Shown here: piece by piece, positions 29,440-38,759 of the stretch
Layout of the letters: each line of letters begins with the position of its first letter
How positions within the stretch are numbered: position 1 is the stretch's first letter
Assembly: GCA_050287085.1 (NCBI GenBank)
Contig: JBNKBE010000027.1
Location: forward strand, 1-64,000
Direction: 5' to 3'
Length of the DNA: 64,000 nt
Source of the DNA: Polyangiaceae bacterium
GTDB lineage: Bacteria > Myxococcota_A > Polyangia > Polyangiales > Polyangiaceae
Translations under genes and position numbers: made by a program
Notes under the pieces: model-generated
The model's database searches: none
Told to the model about the DNA's origin: nothing
What the model saw: the letters and a program-made list of their open reading frames with translations, nothing else

Positions 29440-30932
29440 TGCACCTAGGACTCAGGATTTGCCTGGCCGTGCTCACGGGCGCGGTCTTGTCCCTATGCAC
29501 GGCCGAGCGCGCGCGTGCGGACGGCAGAGCTGACGGCAGAGCTGACGGGGCGCGTGCGGCGGGCAGCGCTGCGGTGGCGCGAGCGGCGGGCAGCGCTGCG
29601 CCCGACCGCGAAGGAGAGGCGCGGGCGGTGTTCTCCACTAGCGGCGACGTGAGTGGCGCACCGCGGGCGGTGTTCTCCACTAGCGGCGACGTGAGTGGCG
29701 CACCGCGGGCGGTGTTCTCCACTACCCGCGAAGTGAGGGACTTCCTTGTTCAGGGGGACACCTTATACGTGGCCACTTCCGGCGGCCTCGAGCGTTATGC
29801 ATTGCAGACGCGAAGCTATCTGGGCGTGGTGACCACGCAAGACGGGCTAGCATCGCTAGACGTGCGCCGCTTGCGGCATAGCGATTCGGGGCACGTGCTG
29901 GTGCAAAGTGCAGAACACGAATGCACGCTCGACCCGCAAGGACCACGGCTGCTTGGGTGTGTTGACGCCGCTGTCAGTATTACGCCCAAGTTTGAGGTCT
30001 ACCCGCAACGTATCGAGGGCGCGCCCGTTACGGCGCGATACGCATCCTCGGACGGCTCGGAGTGGCTGGGCACAGCCGGTCAGGGCGTATGGGTGCGCCA
30101 CCGCGGCGTCAGCAGACGAGTCAGCCCGGCGGCGCAGGTGACCAGCAATCACGTTGTGGCCGTGGCCGAATGGCGGGGCGCAGTCTGGCTTGCCACCTTT
30201 GACGCAGGCCTGAACCGCTACCAGGATGGCGCCTTCCAGCGGGCGGCGCTTTCACCACGTTTGCTCAACGACGTGCTCGCTGTCGGAGACACCCTTTTTG
30301 TGGCCACCGCTTCGGGGCTCTACCGTAGCACTGACGGCGAGCGCTTTGAAAGGGAAGCCCGCGTTCGCGAGAAGGCGATCAGTGACCTTGCATACGACGT
30401 CACGACCCAGACGCTGCTTGCCGCCGCTACCAATTCACTTTGGGAGCTGCCCGTTGGGCGCCCTGGACGTATTGCTGTGCGTTACCAACCCGGCGGCACG
30501 AAGTCGATTCAAGCGGTGGACGTGAGTCCCGATGGGCAGGTGTTTCTCGCTACCGAAGATCGCGGCGTGATCCTGCGGCGCGGCAACGGGTACGTCGTCT
30601 TCGACAGACTCGCCGGCTATCCATCGAGTTGGACCTTGGACGTGGCGGCTCTCGGGAGCGAGCAGGCCATCGCGGGAACCTTGCGGCACGGTCTGTTTGG
30701 AGTGGGCGAGGCGTTGGTTCCACAGCGCAAGCTCGATCCATGGGTCTTATTCCTGGCTCGAGATCGCGAGATCCCCAACGGGATTCTCGTTGGCACTCAA
30801 GGCGGCGGAGCCCTCGTTTCACCTGCGGGCACTCAACTTCTGGCGGGGCTGCCGAACCCATGTGTGCACGTCATGGCGCGCACCAGCGCGGGGCTTTGGG
30901 TCGGCACCGAAGGAGGGTTAGCATTGTATTGA
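29436..30932 (+). CDS. Secreted beta-propeller protein (regulator-propeller-like repeats)
   Basis: Signal peptide and repeated LYVATSGGL / WLATFDAGL / LFVATASGL / LWVGTEGGL. ATGA overlap with the vWA gene. Confidence 0.8.
   Translation: MMHLGLRICLAVLTGAVLSLCTAERARADGRADGRADGARAAGSAAVARAAGSAAPDREGEARAVFSTSGDVSGAPRAVFSTSGDVSGAPRAVFSTTREVRDFLVQGDTLYVATSGGLERYALQTRSYLGVVTTQDGLASLDVRRLRHSDSGHVLVQSAEHECTLDPQGPRLLGCVDAAVSITPKFEVYPQRIEGAPVTARYASSDGSEWLGTAGQGVWVRHRGVSRRVSPAAQVTSNHVVAVAEWRGAVWLATFDAGLNRYQDGAFQRAALSPRLLNDVLAVGDTLFVATASGLYRSTDGERFEREARVREKAISDLAYDVTTQTLLAAATNSLWELPVGRPGRIAVRYQPGGTKSIQAVDVSPDGQVFLATEDRGVILRRGNGYVVFDRLAGYPSSWTLDVAALGSEQAIAGTLRHGLFGVGEALVPQRKLDPWVLFLARDREIPNGILVGTQGGGALVSPAGTQLLAGLPNPCVHVMARTSAGLWVGTEGGLALY
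29620..29724 (+). repeat. In-frame 42-bp tandem repeat, 2.5 copies (RAVFSTSGDVSGAP)
   Basis: Exact copies start at 29620, 29662 and 29704. Confidence 0.9.
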
Positions 30933-30974
30933 TGCTGCGAAAGCGTCGGGCCAGGAGCCTGCCTTTGTGACCGC

Positions 30975-31241
30975 TCATGGTCCAAGGCCTAGCAGACGGA
31001 TGAGCCGCGGCCATGCCCGGTCACCGAACCGTCCAGCGAATAGGCCGCACGCGAGGCCGATAGCCACGACCTTGGCAACATGGGCGCCCAGGCTCAGCGT
31101 TGGGGAACCGAGTGAGAGAAACCCTAGAGCTGAGCCGAATAGGGCTGCACAGATGGCTTGGGTCCAGCTCCAGCGGGAGCGCTCGTGCCGTCGACGCTTC
31201 GCGGCTGAAAATCCGTGGGCTGCCTGCTCCCCTCCGTTCAT
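30975..31241 (-). CDS. Small membrane protein (88 aa)
   Basis: Two hydrophobic helices ending GRFGDRAW; ATG at 31241. Confidence 0.55.
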   Translation of the reverse strand: MNGGEQAAHGFSAAKRRRHERSRWSWTQAICAALFGSALGFLSLGSPTLSLGAHVAKVVAIGLACGLFAGRFGDRAWPRLIRLLGLGP

Positions 31242-31257
31242 CCGTGACGCCCGTCCG

Positions 31258-31467
31258 CCCGTGCGGAAATCGCTTGAGGGGACAGCGCCGAATGCCGTCG
31301 GCTCTGACCTGGTAGCGGTGGGCGGTCTCGCCGAGAGACAGGATCGCGTCTCGCACACGCCGCTCGAAGTTCTCCGCCAAGCGGTCATCGCGTTCGAGCA
31401 GGTACAGGTACGTCTCGCGCACATCGGTCACCGCCCAGGGCAGGACCTTCACTTCGTAGCGAGCCAT
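31258..31467 (-). pseudogene. RelE/ParE toxin, C-terminally truncated
   Basis: A..DV.E...Y....D..LA..F...V..AI..L...IRRCPLKRFPH. The expected final strands are absent and the frame drifts into unrelated sequence. Confidence 0.7.
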
Positions 31468-31473
31468 GGCTGC

Positions 31474-31698
31474 TCAGGGCTTGGCAAACATTTGAGCCAA
31501 GGCTTCCTCAGCAGGCAGCGCCTGGACGCGTCCCGCCTTCCACTCGGCACGGCGACGGCGGACTTCCGCCATCCAGGCTTCTTCGACCTCGGCGTCGGGC
31601 TCGTCAGGCACCACCTCGAGCAGGCGATCGGCAAGCTTGGCGCGGTCTTCGTCGCTGAGTTGCATGGCCTCGGCAAAGACTTGGTCCAGGGTCGGCAT
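31474..31698 (-). CDS. Addiction module antitoxin (TIGR02574-like)
   Basis: AMQLSDEDRAKLADRLL...VEEAWMAEVRRR....G; directly upstream of the ParE-like gene. Confidence 0.8.
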   Translation of the reverse strand: MPTLDQVFAEAMQLSDEDRAKLADRLLEVVPDEPDAEVEEAWMAEVRRRRAEWKAGRVQALPAEEALAQMFAKP

Positions 31699-31701
31699 GG
31701 G

Positions 31702-32170
31702 ATGGGAGAGCGTCTTGGCCCACTTCAAGAGCGCTTTCAGTAGCGGCTTGGTTCTGCGCTGCCGCGGACGAAGCAGTTCGTCTGCGGCCAACCCTCGCTC
31801 CTTTGCGAGCGCCTCGAGCCGATACATGCGCTGGATTACTCGCAGCGCTCGCGCCGGGGTTTTCAGGTGTTCATACGGAAGCCGCTCTCTGCGCGCGTGT
31901 CCCCAGCAGTGCGCAAACTTGATATCCGGATTCGCTTGCGCAACAGGTGGGTAGGAGGCAAACCCATCGACGACGGCGGTACCCTTGTACGTACCGAGCA
32001 GCGCGAGCGCGACGCCTTTTCCGCGACTCTCATCGAAGTGATAGTGCACCGCGTTGTTAACGCGCCGGACCCATATCCACCAGGTCTTCGACTTCCCACG
32101 CTCTTCCGACTTCAAGAGCCGCCAGCGCGTCTCGTCAACGCCCATCACCGGCTGGGCCAGCACGTGCTCC
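31702..32170 (-). mobile_element. IS66-family transposase (TnpC) internal fragment
   Basis: VDET, W.W, SRG, VDGF..Y and CWGHARR motifs. Both ends are missing and the fragment is in frame with the antitoxin. Confidence 0.85.
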
Positions 32171-32194
32171 TCGGGCTTTGCCCTGCGGGGCTGC

Positions 32195-32242
32195 CTCCCC
32201 CTTAGCCGGACTCCTCGCTGCGCTCGTCGCGCGGCTGGGGAG
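32195..32242. repeat. REP-like imperfect hairpin
   Basis: CTCCCC..AGCCG / CGGCTGGGGAG arms around a ctcgctgcgctcg core. Confidence 0.45.
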
Positions 32243-32250
32243 GGCTCGCG

Positions 32251-32604
32251 TCAACGAGCGTTCTCATCAGGTGGTCGTCGCGTGACGGGTTTCCCCCGGT
32301 GACGGATTCTGTGGCCCGCTGCAAACGCAAGTATCGCTCCCCAGAAGCAGGACGTGCGAACCATGACCCACAGCCAGTGCCCCTGGCAAGCTCCACCAAC
32401 TCCAGCGCAAATGACATCGTATGGGATCGCCAGAATGATGGCGAGCCAGGCCATTGGAAAGATAAGAAGCGCGGCCCAGTCGCCCTTGTCATCAAGGGCG
32501 GTCAGGAGCCAGCTGTTCAGCACGGGTGCCAGCGCAGCGACACAGAACGCCACCACCATGCGAAACATCGTTGCTCGCCGCAGAACTTCGGAAGGTGAGG
32601 TCAT
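32251..32604 (-). CDS. Hypothetical 3-TM membrane protein
   Basis: Three hydrophobic segments downstream of the ATG at 32604. Confidence 0.55.
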   Translation of the reverse strand: MTSPSEVLRRATMFRMVVAFCVAALAPVLNSWLLTALDDKGDWAALLIFPMAWLAIILAIPYDVICAGVGGACQGHWLWVMVRTSCFWGAILAFAAGHRIRHRGKPVTRRPPDENAR

Positions 32605-33127
32605 TGCACCAGAAATGGGGAAACGGGCTCGGGGGTGGAAGTGGTGGTAGGGGGACGGGCTTTCGCCCGACGCCCGGTATGTCGACGACACACCAGTTCA
32701 CCCATGGAGAGCCACCTCTTGGCACCGTCTCCCCGCCGAGAATGAACAAGTTCCGATTGCTCATAGGTGGGGCCACCCGACCATCGCCGTTTAGGTCGAC
32801 CACGTCAGCGTCATACACGGACTCACCGTGGGAAGGCGGATGTGGTGAGTGCGGCCCCACGCGGCATCCAACTCCCGACTGGGTTGACGAACGAAGACGA
32901 AATCGTCGGGCCGTTTCGTCAGGGTCATTTGAATCTCCTCCCGAACGGGTGACACTGAGCCTGTTCATTGCTCACCACAACAGCACAAGAGCGGCGCCGG
33001 TGGCACAGGCGAGGGGCGTCGAGCTTGTCGTTGCAGGTACGCACCATCGCGACGCGTGAAGGCTGTTAGGCTTTGCCTAGTGGTTGCGTGTCATGGTCCC
33101 TAGTTCTTGAATACTAGGACTGGCGAT

Positions 33128-33670
33128 CTAGCGATGAGCTTGTCCCAGGGTGCGGGACGGAAAATGCACGTCGCGGCGGGGAGCGTTTGCTTCCGCGGCT
33201 GGGGCGTCACCAAGTAGGCCAAGGTCTCCCTCGAGTCGGCGCTCGGCGCGCAAGGTCCAGCCGCGTGGGTTGAGATTGGACCAGTGTTGCTCGATGCGTG
33301 TTGCGCGGAGCAAGCCTTCGTCCATGCGCGTCCATGACACCATCACCGTCACGTCCGCTTCGTCCGGAGCTGTGTTCTCCACGCCGAGAATGTCTATGTC
33401 GACTACGCGAATCGCTTGGCCCCAGGCGCGGCGCTTTTCGAGGAAGGCGCTGCGCGACTCATCGTCGGTGCGTTCGGCGGCGATATCGAGTCGACCGAAG
33501 CGGGTGGCCAAGTTCATGTCGCGGGCGCTTTCGAGGAGGCGCTGCTGGTTGTTTTGTGGGGGCATGCAGCCGGCGAGCGCGAGCAGCGCAAGGCTGGTCG
33601 CCAGCCGCAGTGGGCTTCGCAAGTAGCGGTCATGGCGGCCCGGGCGCTCTGCGAGCGGAAGCGCGATCAT
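33128..33670 (-). CDS. Hypothetical lipoprotein
   Basis: Lipobox LAGC after a hydrophobic stretch. Confidence 0.75.
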   Translation of the reverse strand: MIALPLAERPGRHDRYLRSPLRLATSLALLALAGCMPPQNNQQRLLESARDMNLATRFGRLDIAAERTDDESRSAFLEKRRAWGQAIRVVDIDILGVENTAPDEADVTVMVSWTRMDEGLLRATRIEQHWSNLNPRGWTLRAERRLEGDLGLLGDAPAAEANAPRRDVHFPSRTLGQAHR

Positions 33671-33747
33671 AGTTGGCCGCTAGCACTCGCTCCTTGGCCG
33701 CGCCAACTTTCCGGCGCGTTGGACAACTGCGCTACGCCAGCTTCAGG

Positions 33748-34806
33748 CTACGACTCGTGGAAGAGCGGCGGGCGATTCTTCACGTAACGCTCGATGAGGC
33801 GTTTGCCTTCTTCGGGCACATCGACCAGCTCCGCGCCGAAACCCGGCGGGGCGTAGGGTGCGGCGGAGGCCGTCTTGGGGGCGTCACGGCACCAGCGCAC
33901 GACGCCGCGGGCGCGAAACTCGTATCCGCCCGGCATCAGCACGCGCAGAACGACGTTCTGGCCTACCGCCGGGGGGCTATAGGTGGCGATGAAGAGCCCC
34001 CCGTGGGTCAGGACGTCGTTGCCGCCCAGGCCGTGATAGAAGTTATTTGAGCTATGAACGCCGAGACTTGTGTCGATCGAGAGCGCGGGACGCGTTGGCG
34101 CGGAGCCGGCAGCCTGCTCGGAAGCCTGCGTTGAGCCGTTTGGAGGCGCCGCAGCCGCGGCGTCCAAAGACGGCTGTGGCGGACTCGCTGGGGGGTCCGC
34201 GGCCCTGAGCTGCTGCTCGAGGGTGCCCGCTAGATGCTGGGGGATGAGGGCGGTACGGCTGCCGTCGAAGGCGGATGCGGGGGCCTTTCCTTGTCGTGAC
34301 AAAGGAATGGGAGCCGCGTCGGGCTCCTCGTCCGCGGGGTCGAACGCGTCGTTCAGGTGATCCGCCGTCGTGTCGGGGGATACGGACACGGGCTGGGCGG
34401 CGCCGCCCAGGAAGCCCGTGCTTGGGTCGGTAGAAGGGATTTCTTCCGTGACCGGTGCCAGCGCGAGCTCGCTTGGTTCGGCCACGGCCGCCGGCGCCGC
34501 ATGAGCTAGGGCGTGCACGCCCCCCAAGGCCTCGGCCACCTTGGCGATGGCCGCTTCCGCTCGAGCCGGGTCGCATTCCGTTTCTTGCAGCAGCGCCAGA
34601 GCTCGCTGAACGGCAGCGAGTGCGCTTGCGGCGAGGTGCCTTTGGTGCTCGGGCGCCTCTTCCAGGTCAAAAAGCGCGCTCATGGCCTCGGCTATGGGGT
34701 CGGCAGCCTGCAGGAACGCAGGATCCACCCCCTCGCTCTGCAATTGGGCGAGCGCGGCTGCAAGGGTCATGCGCGCCGCGCGCGCAGAGATGACGACATC
34801 ACTCAT
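33748..34806 (-). CDS. PilZ-like (TIGR02266-type) C-terminal domain protein
   Basis: SSNNFYHGL..GGLFIATY..GVVRW..PGFG..F..NRPPLF pattern typical of myxobacterial PilZ-like domains. Confidence 0.75.
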   Translation of the reverse strand: MSDVVISARAARMTLAAALAQLQSEGVDPAFLQAADPIAEAMSALFDLEEAPEHQRHLAASALAAVQRALALLQETECDPARAEAAIAKVAEALGGVHALAHAAPAAVAEPSELALAPVTEEIPSTDPSTGFLGGAAQPVSVSPDTTADHLNDAFDPADEEPDAAPIPLSRQGKAPASAFDGSRTALIPQHLAGTLEQQLRAADPPASPPQPSLDAAAAAPPNGSTQASEQAAGSAPTRPALSIDTSLGVHSSNNFYHGLGGNDVLTHGGLFIATYSPPAVGQNVVLRVLMPGGYEFRARGVVRWCRDAPKTASAAPYAPPGFGAELVDVPEEGKRLIERYVKNRPPLFHES

Positions 34807-34975
34807 GGTCCTAGCGTTTACGCGGTGAGAGTTTAGCACTTCCGAGCCCAGAAAGGCGAGCCGGGATGCAAGCTCGACGCGTCGGGGCGGCCGTCATGGA
34901 CGAGCATGCTCCGAAAAGTTGCTCGTCGCGTGAAGGGATTGCTAGCGGAGGTTGGGTATGGGTTTCGGCGCGCGT

Positions 34976-35722
34976 ATGTCAGCATTCCGCCCGTTCCTGC
35001 GGCCGGGTCACCGCTTTGACTCGAGCGCCGCAGGTCGGCCGCTGCTGGTATTTGAGCATGTGCACCAGGCCTACGGTCCAAGCTGCAGCGTATTGCGCGA
35101 CCTGAATCTAACGATTCAGCGGGGCGAATTCGTATTCTTCACGGGACCGTCCGGGGCCGGCAAGAGCACCCTGCTCAAGCTGGTGTACGCGCAAGAGCGT
35201 CCGGACGGGGGACGTGTCTTGTTCATGGGGCGGGACGTCGGGCACCTCCGCCCTGAGTCGATTCCCTTCCTGCGTCGCAATATCGGGGTGGTATTTCAGG
35301 ATTTTCGACTGATCGACAACTGGCCGGTAGCTGAGAATGTAGCCTTGCCCCTGCAGGTGCTTGGGCTTCCGCAGCGTACCGTCGACACCCGGGTTAGCGA
35401 AGTACTGGAACAGGTTGGGCTAGGGGGGCGCGGGCGCGAGCTTGCGGGGCACCTGAGTGGCGGAGAACGCCAGCGCGCTGCGGTTGCTCGCGCGATCGTC
35501 GGAGAGCCGGCCTTGGTGCTTGCCGATGAACCCACGGGCAACCTGGATCCGCAACTTGCCGTCGATATTCTCGAGCTGCTCTTCGACATCAACAGCACGG
35601 GGGTCACCGTGCTCTTTGCAACCCACGACCGGACCTTGCTGGATGTTCATCCGCGTCGGGTTGTCGTCCTCGACGAAGGTCAAGTTACCGACGTCCCAGG
35701 AGGCTTGCGCACGGTAGCGTGA
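34976..35722 (+). CDS. ftsE: Cell division ATP-binding protein FtsE
   Basis: GPSGAGKS, LRRNIGVVFQDFRL, LSGGE, ADEPTGNLD. Confidence 0.92.
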   Translation: MSAFRPFLRPGHRFDSSAAGRPLLVFEHVHQAYGPSCSVLRDLNLTIQRGEFVFFTGPSGAGKSTLLKLVYAQERPDGGRVLFMGRDVGHLRPESIPFLRRNIGVVFQDFRLIDNWPVAENVALPLQVLGLPQRTVDTRVSEVLEQVGLGGRGRELAGHLSGGERQRAAVARAIVGEPALVLADEPTGNLDPQLAVDILELLFDINSTGVTVLFATHDRTLLDVHPRRVVVLDEGQVTDVPGGLRTVA

Positions 35723-35753
35723 GCGCGGCGTAGTAGTGGCCCAAGGGCGAGCA

Positions 35754-36623
35754 ATGCAGACGATTCATCGAGCGTGGCGCGGCGGGAAGAGCGAATGGCG
35801 GACCCATATGGTCACGGTATTGAGCTCATCCGTTGCTTTCCTATGTCTGGCCTTTGCGCTGCTCACCGTGTTCAATCTGCGCGGGTTGCAACAGCGGTGG
35901 GAGGCGATGGGGAGGCTGTCCGTCTACCTGACGAGTTCCGCGAGTGCCGACGACGTCTTGCGCCTCAAACAAGCGCTCGAAGCGATCCCAGCGGTGGAGC
36001 AGGTGCGCGAAGTTACAAGCGAAGAGGCGCGCCGTGAGTTGCTTCAGGCGGCACCGACAGCCGTCTTGAAGGCTCTTCCTTCCGATGCCTTTCCGGCATC
36101 GCTCGAAGTGCGTCTGGTAGAACAGGCTCCGAGCGATGCGCTCGACACCCTCGCAGAGCGGATCGGGCGCTTCAACTACGTCGAGTCTATCGAGACCTAC
36201 CGCGTTTGGTCGCAGCGGGTTGCGCGCTTCGTGGGGGCCGCGATCTTGGTCGCCGCAGCCCTTGCGCTGGTGGTCTTCCTAGCCGTGGTGACGACCGTTT
36301 CGTCTTCGACCAAGCTTATGCTCGAGCGACGCCGCGCCGAGGTCGAGGTGCTGCGCGTGGTGGGTGCCACGGCGGCGTACGTTCGGCGCCCCTTCATGGT
36401 GGAGGGTGCGGTTCAGGGCGCGGTGGGCGCTACTGCGGCCCTATTGCTCGCAGGAGCTGCCTTCCTAGCGTTGCAGCAAGCGTTCAGCGAGTCGCTCACC
36501 TTGTTCTTGGGCGCGTCCCCGCACTTCTTGCCCTTCTGGGTATGCGTCAGCCTCATCGCGGTGGGAGGTCTGCTCGGCTCTGTTGCGGCCGGCGTGAGCC
36601 TACGTCGTTCGGTGTTGGTATGA
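35754..36623 (+). CDS. ftsX: Cell division permease FtsX
   Basis: Four-TM layout, FPASLEV and EVEVLRVVGAT...RRPFMVEG; follows ftsE. Confidence 0.88.
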   Translation: MQTIHRAWRGGKSEWRTHMVTVLSSSVAFLCLAFALLTVFNLRGLQQRWEAMGRLSVYLTSSASADDVLRLKQALEAIPAVEQVREVTSEEARRELLQAAPTAVLKALPSDAFPASLEVRLVEQAPSDALDTLAERIGRFNYVESIETYRVWSQRVARFVGAAILVAAALALVVFLAVVTTVSSSTKLMLERRRAEVEVLRVVGATAAYVRRPFMVEGAVQGAVGATAALLLAGAAFLALQQAFSESLTLFLGASPHFLPFWVCVSLIAVGGLLGSVAAGVSLRRSVLV

Positions 36624-37591
36624 AGGCGGGGCGAAGCGTACGCGCGTGGGCTAGTTATGGCCTGATGGCTGCGTTTGCTTCCGCGGCGGCCGCGGCGGCC
36701 GCGGTGGGTACCGGGCCGGGGGAACCCGCAAGTGGGCTCGGAGCTGAGGATCCCGACTTTCGCGCCTATGTGCACACGCACGAACTGAAAGAAGCTGAAG
36801 CGCGACTCTCTCGCGTGACGAATGAGCTGCGGCGACTCGAGACTCGTACCCGGGAGCGCGGGCGAGTCTTCGTTCGGATGATGCGTCTCGGATTGCTTCC
36901 GCTCAGCGATGGTTTCGAAGGCATGGCTATGCACGCCAGTCGCGCCGAGCGGCTGCGACGCGCCGTGGCCAGCGATCTGGCCCGAGCTACCGAACTCAAA
37001 CGAGCCCAGCGTCTGCTCCGCATCCACCTGAGCCGGGCTGAGCGGCAGCGCCACGATGACCACGGGCAGATCCTCGACTACCAGCAGACCCGGCAGGCCA
37101 TCGAAGCGGCGCGCGAGCGAGAGCTGGCCTATCGGCGAGCGTTCGAGCCTGACTATGAGGCCGCCAACGAGCACACCGCGGTTTACGCCGCGGCCCCGCG
37201 GGACGCTTTGGTGGCTAGGACCTTCGCGGATGCGCGAGGTCGCCTCTTGTTCCCTGTCAAAGGGCGCTCGGAAATGAAGGCGGGAAGCGCTGCCGGAGCC
37301 ACCGGTCCGGGGCTCTTGGTATCGGGAGCGGCGGGAGCCGAAGCGCTGAGCGTATTTGGCGGCACGGTGATCTTGGCCGGTGACTACGGCCAGCTTGGGC
37401 TCGGTGTTGTCGTTGACCACGGCGGCGGATACACGACGCTGACGGCGGGTCTGGCCGACTTCGTGGCGGAAGTGGGGGAGCGCATTCCAGCGGGGGCGAC
37501 CTTGGGCCACGTGCCCCACAGCGGAGAGCTCTACATCGAGGTTCGCCATCAGGGGGCTGCCATCGAGCCGGCTGGTTGGTTTGGGATCTAG
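36620..37591 (+). CDS. EnvC-like murein hydrolase activator (degenerate M23 domain)
   Basis: Coiled coil plus RGRLLFPV..VVDHGGGYTT..LYIEVR. The Zn-ligand motifs are absent. ATGA overlap with ftsX. Confidence 0.8.
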   Translation: MKAGRSVRAWASYGLMAAFASAAAAAAAVGTGPGEPASGLGAEDPDFRAYVHTHELKEAEARLSRVTNELRRLETRTRERGRVFVRMMRLGLLPLSDGFEGMAMHASRAERLRRAVASDLARATELKRAQRLLRIHLSRAERQRHDDHGQILDYQQTRQAIEAARERELAYRRAFEPDYEAANEHTAVYAAAPRDALVARTFADARGRLLFPVKGRSEMKAGSAAGATGPGLLVSGAAGAEALSVFGGTVILAGDYGQLGLGVVVDHGGGYTTLTAGLADFVAEVGERIPAGATLGHVPHSGELYIEVRHQGAAIEPAGWFGI

Positions 37592-37600
37592 CTTCGCCCG

Positions 37601-37628
37601 CCCGAGCCGCAACCCGATGCGGCTCGGG
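37601..37628. terminator. GC-rich stem-loop after the EnvC-like gene
   Basis: CCCGAGCCGCA-ACCCGA-TGCGGCTCGGG is a perfect 11-bp stem with no U-tract. Confidence 0.5.
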
Positions 37629-37642
37629 ACGATGACGCGGAC

Positions 37643-38098
37643 ATGAACACCACCATTGCTTCCCTCCGCGCCTCCCTTTCATCGGCGACGCCCGCTTCTC
37701 GCTACTCCCTGGGGCCCGCTGCGACCCGAACAACCGCGCCTGAAGGCAGCGCGTTTCGGGACGCTCTCCGCGGTACGGCTGCGGCCGCGATTTCGGGGGC
37801 CCAAGCCGCGGCGCAGCGTTTCCCTGGGGGACCTTTGGTCGCGGCTACGCTCAGCGCCTCGGTGAGCCCCCAAGGAACGCTACCGGGCGCACCACTGGGC
37901 GCACCACTGGGCGCTGCAGGGGCACCGCCTGTCGCCGGCGAGCTGCAGACGACTTTGGACCGCCAGGCGGACAATGCCCTGCACTACCTGCAGCTGCAGC
38001 AGCAGGTGCAGGACGAAAACCGCAACTACACGACGCTATCCAACGTGATGAAGGCACGGCACGACACCGTGAAGAGCGCGATCGGCAACCTGCGCTAG
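37643..38098 (+). CDS. Hypothetical protein with needle-subunit-like C-terminal helix
   Basis: Ends LQLQQQVQDENRNYTTLSNVMKARHDTVKSAIGNLR. Confidence 0.75.
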   Translation: MNTTIASLRASLSSATPASRYSLGPAATRTTAPEGSAFRDALRGTAAAAISGAQAAAQRFPGGPLVAATLSASVSPQGTLPGAPLGAPLGAAGAPPVAGELQTTLDRQADNALHYLQLQQQVQDENRNYTTLSNVMKARHDTVKSAIGNLR

Positions 38099-38291
38099 TG
38101 AGCGCAGCCCGGCCCGCAGGCAATTTCTGGCCGGGAGCGCCGGACGCGCGCTCCTCAGCCACAGGGGGCTGCATTTGCGGTACGTTGCGACTAGACTGCG
38201 GGTTATCTCAACACGTGCGAGTTTGTGCGCTCAGGCCACCGGTTTTGGCGCGCTCTGGTGAGGCGCGGTTCACAAGCAGAGGTATCCGGAG

Positions 38292-38759
38292 ATGGGCATC
38301 GATTCCATAGGTAGCGGCGGCATCAAGCCACCCGGCGGTGCGGGTTCGGGCGTGGGCGCTGCAGGTTCGGGCGTGGGCGCTTCGGGGGGCGTGGGGCGGG
38401 GGGGCGCTGCCAGCGAAGATTTCCGCGCCGTGCAGGCTGAGCTCGGGGCGACGTCGGACGCGGCCTCACCCACCGAGGCTGCGCAGGGCGCGCCTGTCAC
38501 CGGCGCACCTGTCACCGGCGCAGCGCGTGATGCCGCGCCGAGCGATCTGGACCGCTTGGCGGCGCGGGAGATCAATTTCGACGAGTATGTGGAGTTGCGT
38601 CTCGAGCGGGCGCTGGGCCACCTGCAGGACCAGCTGGGGCCCGAACAGATCTCGGCGGTGCGAGAGCAGCTTCGCGATCAATTGGCCACCGATCCCACCT
38701 TGATTCGCTTGCTGAGTCAGATTCAGCGAGAGGCGTCCGACGGAACACGCGGTGCCTAA
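38292..38759 (+). CDS. Hypothetical protein
   Basis: Gly/Ala-rich N-terminus and helical C-terminus; SD-like sequence upstream. Confidence 0.7.
   Translation: MGIDSIGSGGIKPPGGAGSGVGAAGSGVGASGGVGRGGAASEDFRAVQAELGATSDAASPTEAAQGAPVTGAPVTGAARDAAPSDLDRLAAREINFDEYVELRLERALGHLQDQLGPEQISAVREQLRDQLATDPTLIRLLSQIQREASDGTRGA

Noticed and set aside
32195..32242. Integron attC site
   Set aside because: No RYYYAAC/GTTRRRY core boxes, no integron integrase and no array of similar sites.
36206..36619. Extension of the EnvC-like ORF
   Set aside because: It overlaps ftsX in another frame; the ATGA coupling at 36620 is the better start.
36620..37591. Degenerate M23 active site as a novelty
   Set aside because: Loss of Zn ligands is the expected state for EnvC-like activators next to ftsEX.
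36413..37612. 399-aa antisense ORF and the many similar shadow ORFs in the track
   Set aside because: They are opposite-strand or frameshifted shadows of well-supported genes, expected in GC-rich DNA, and show no recognisable motifs.
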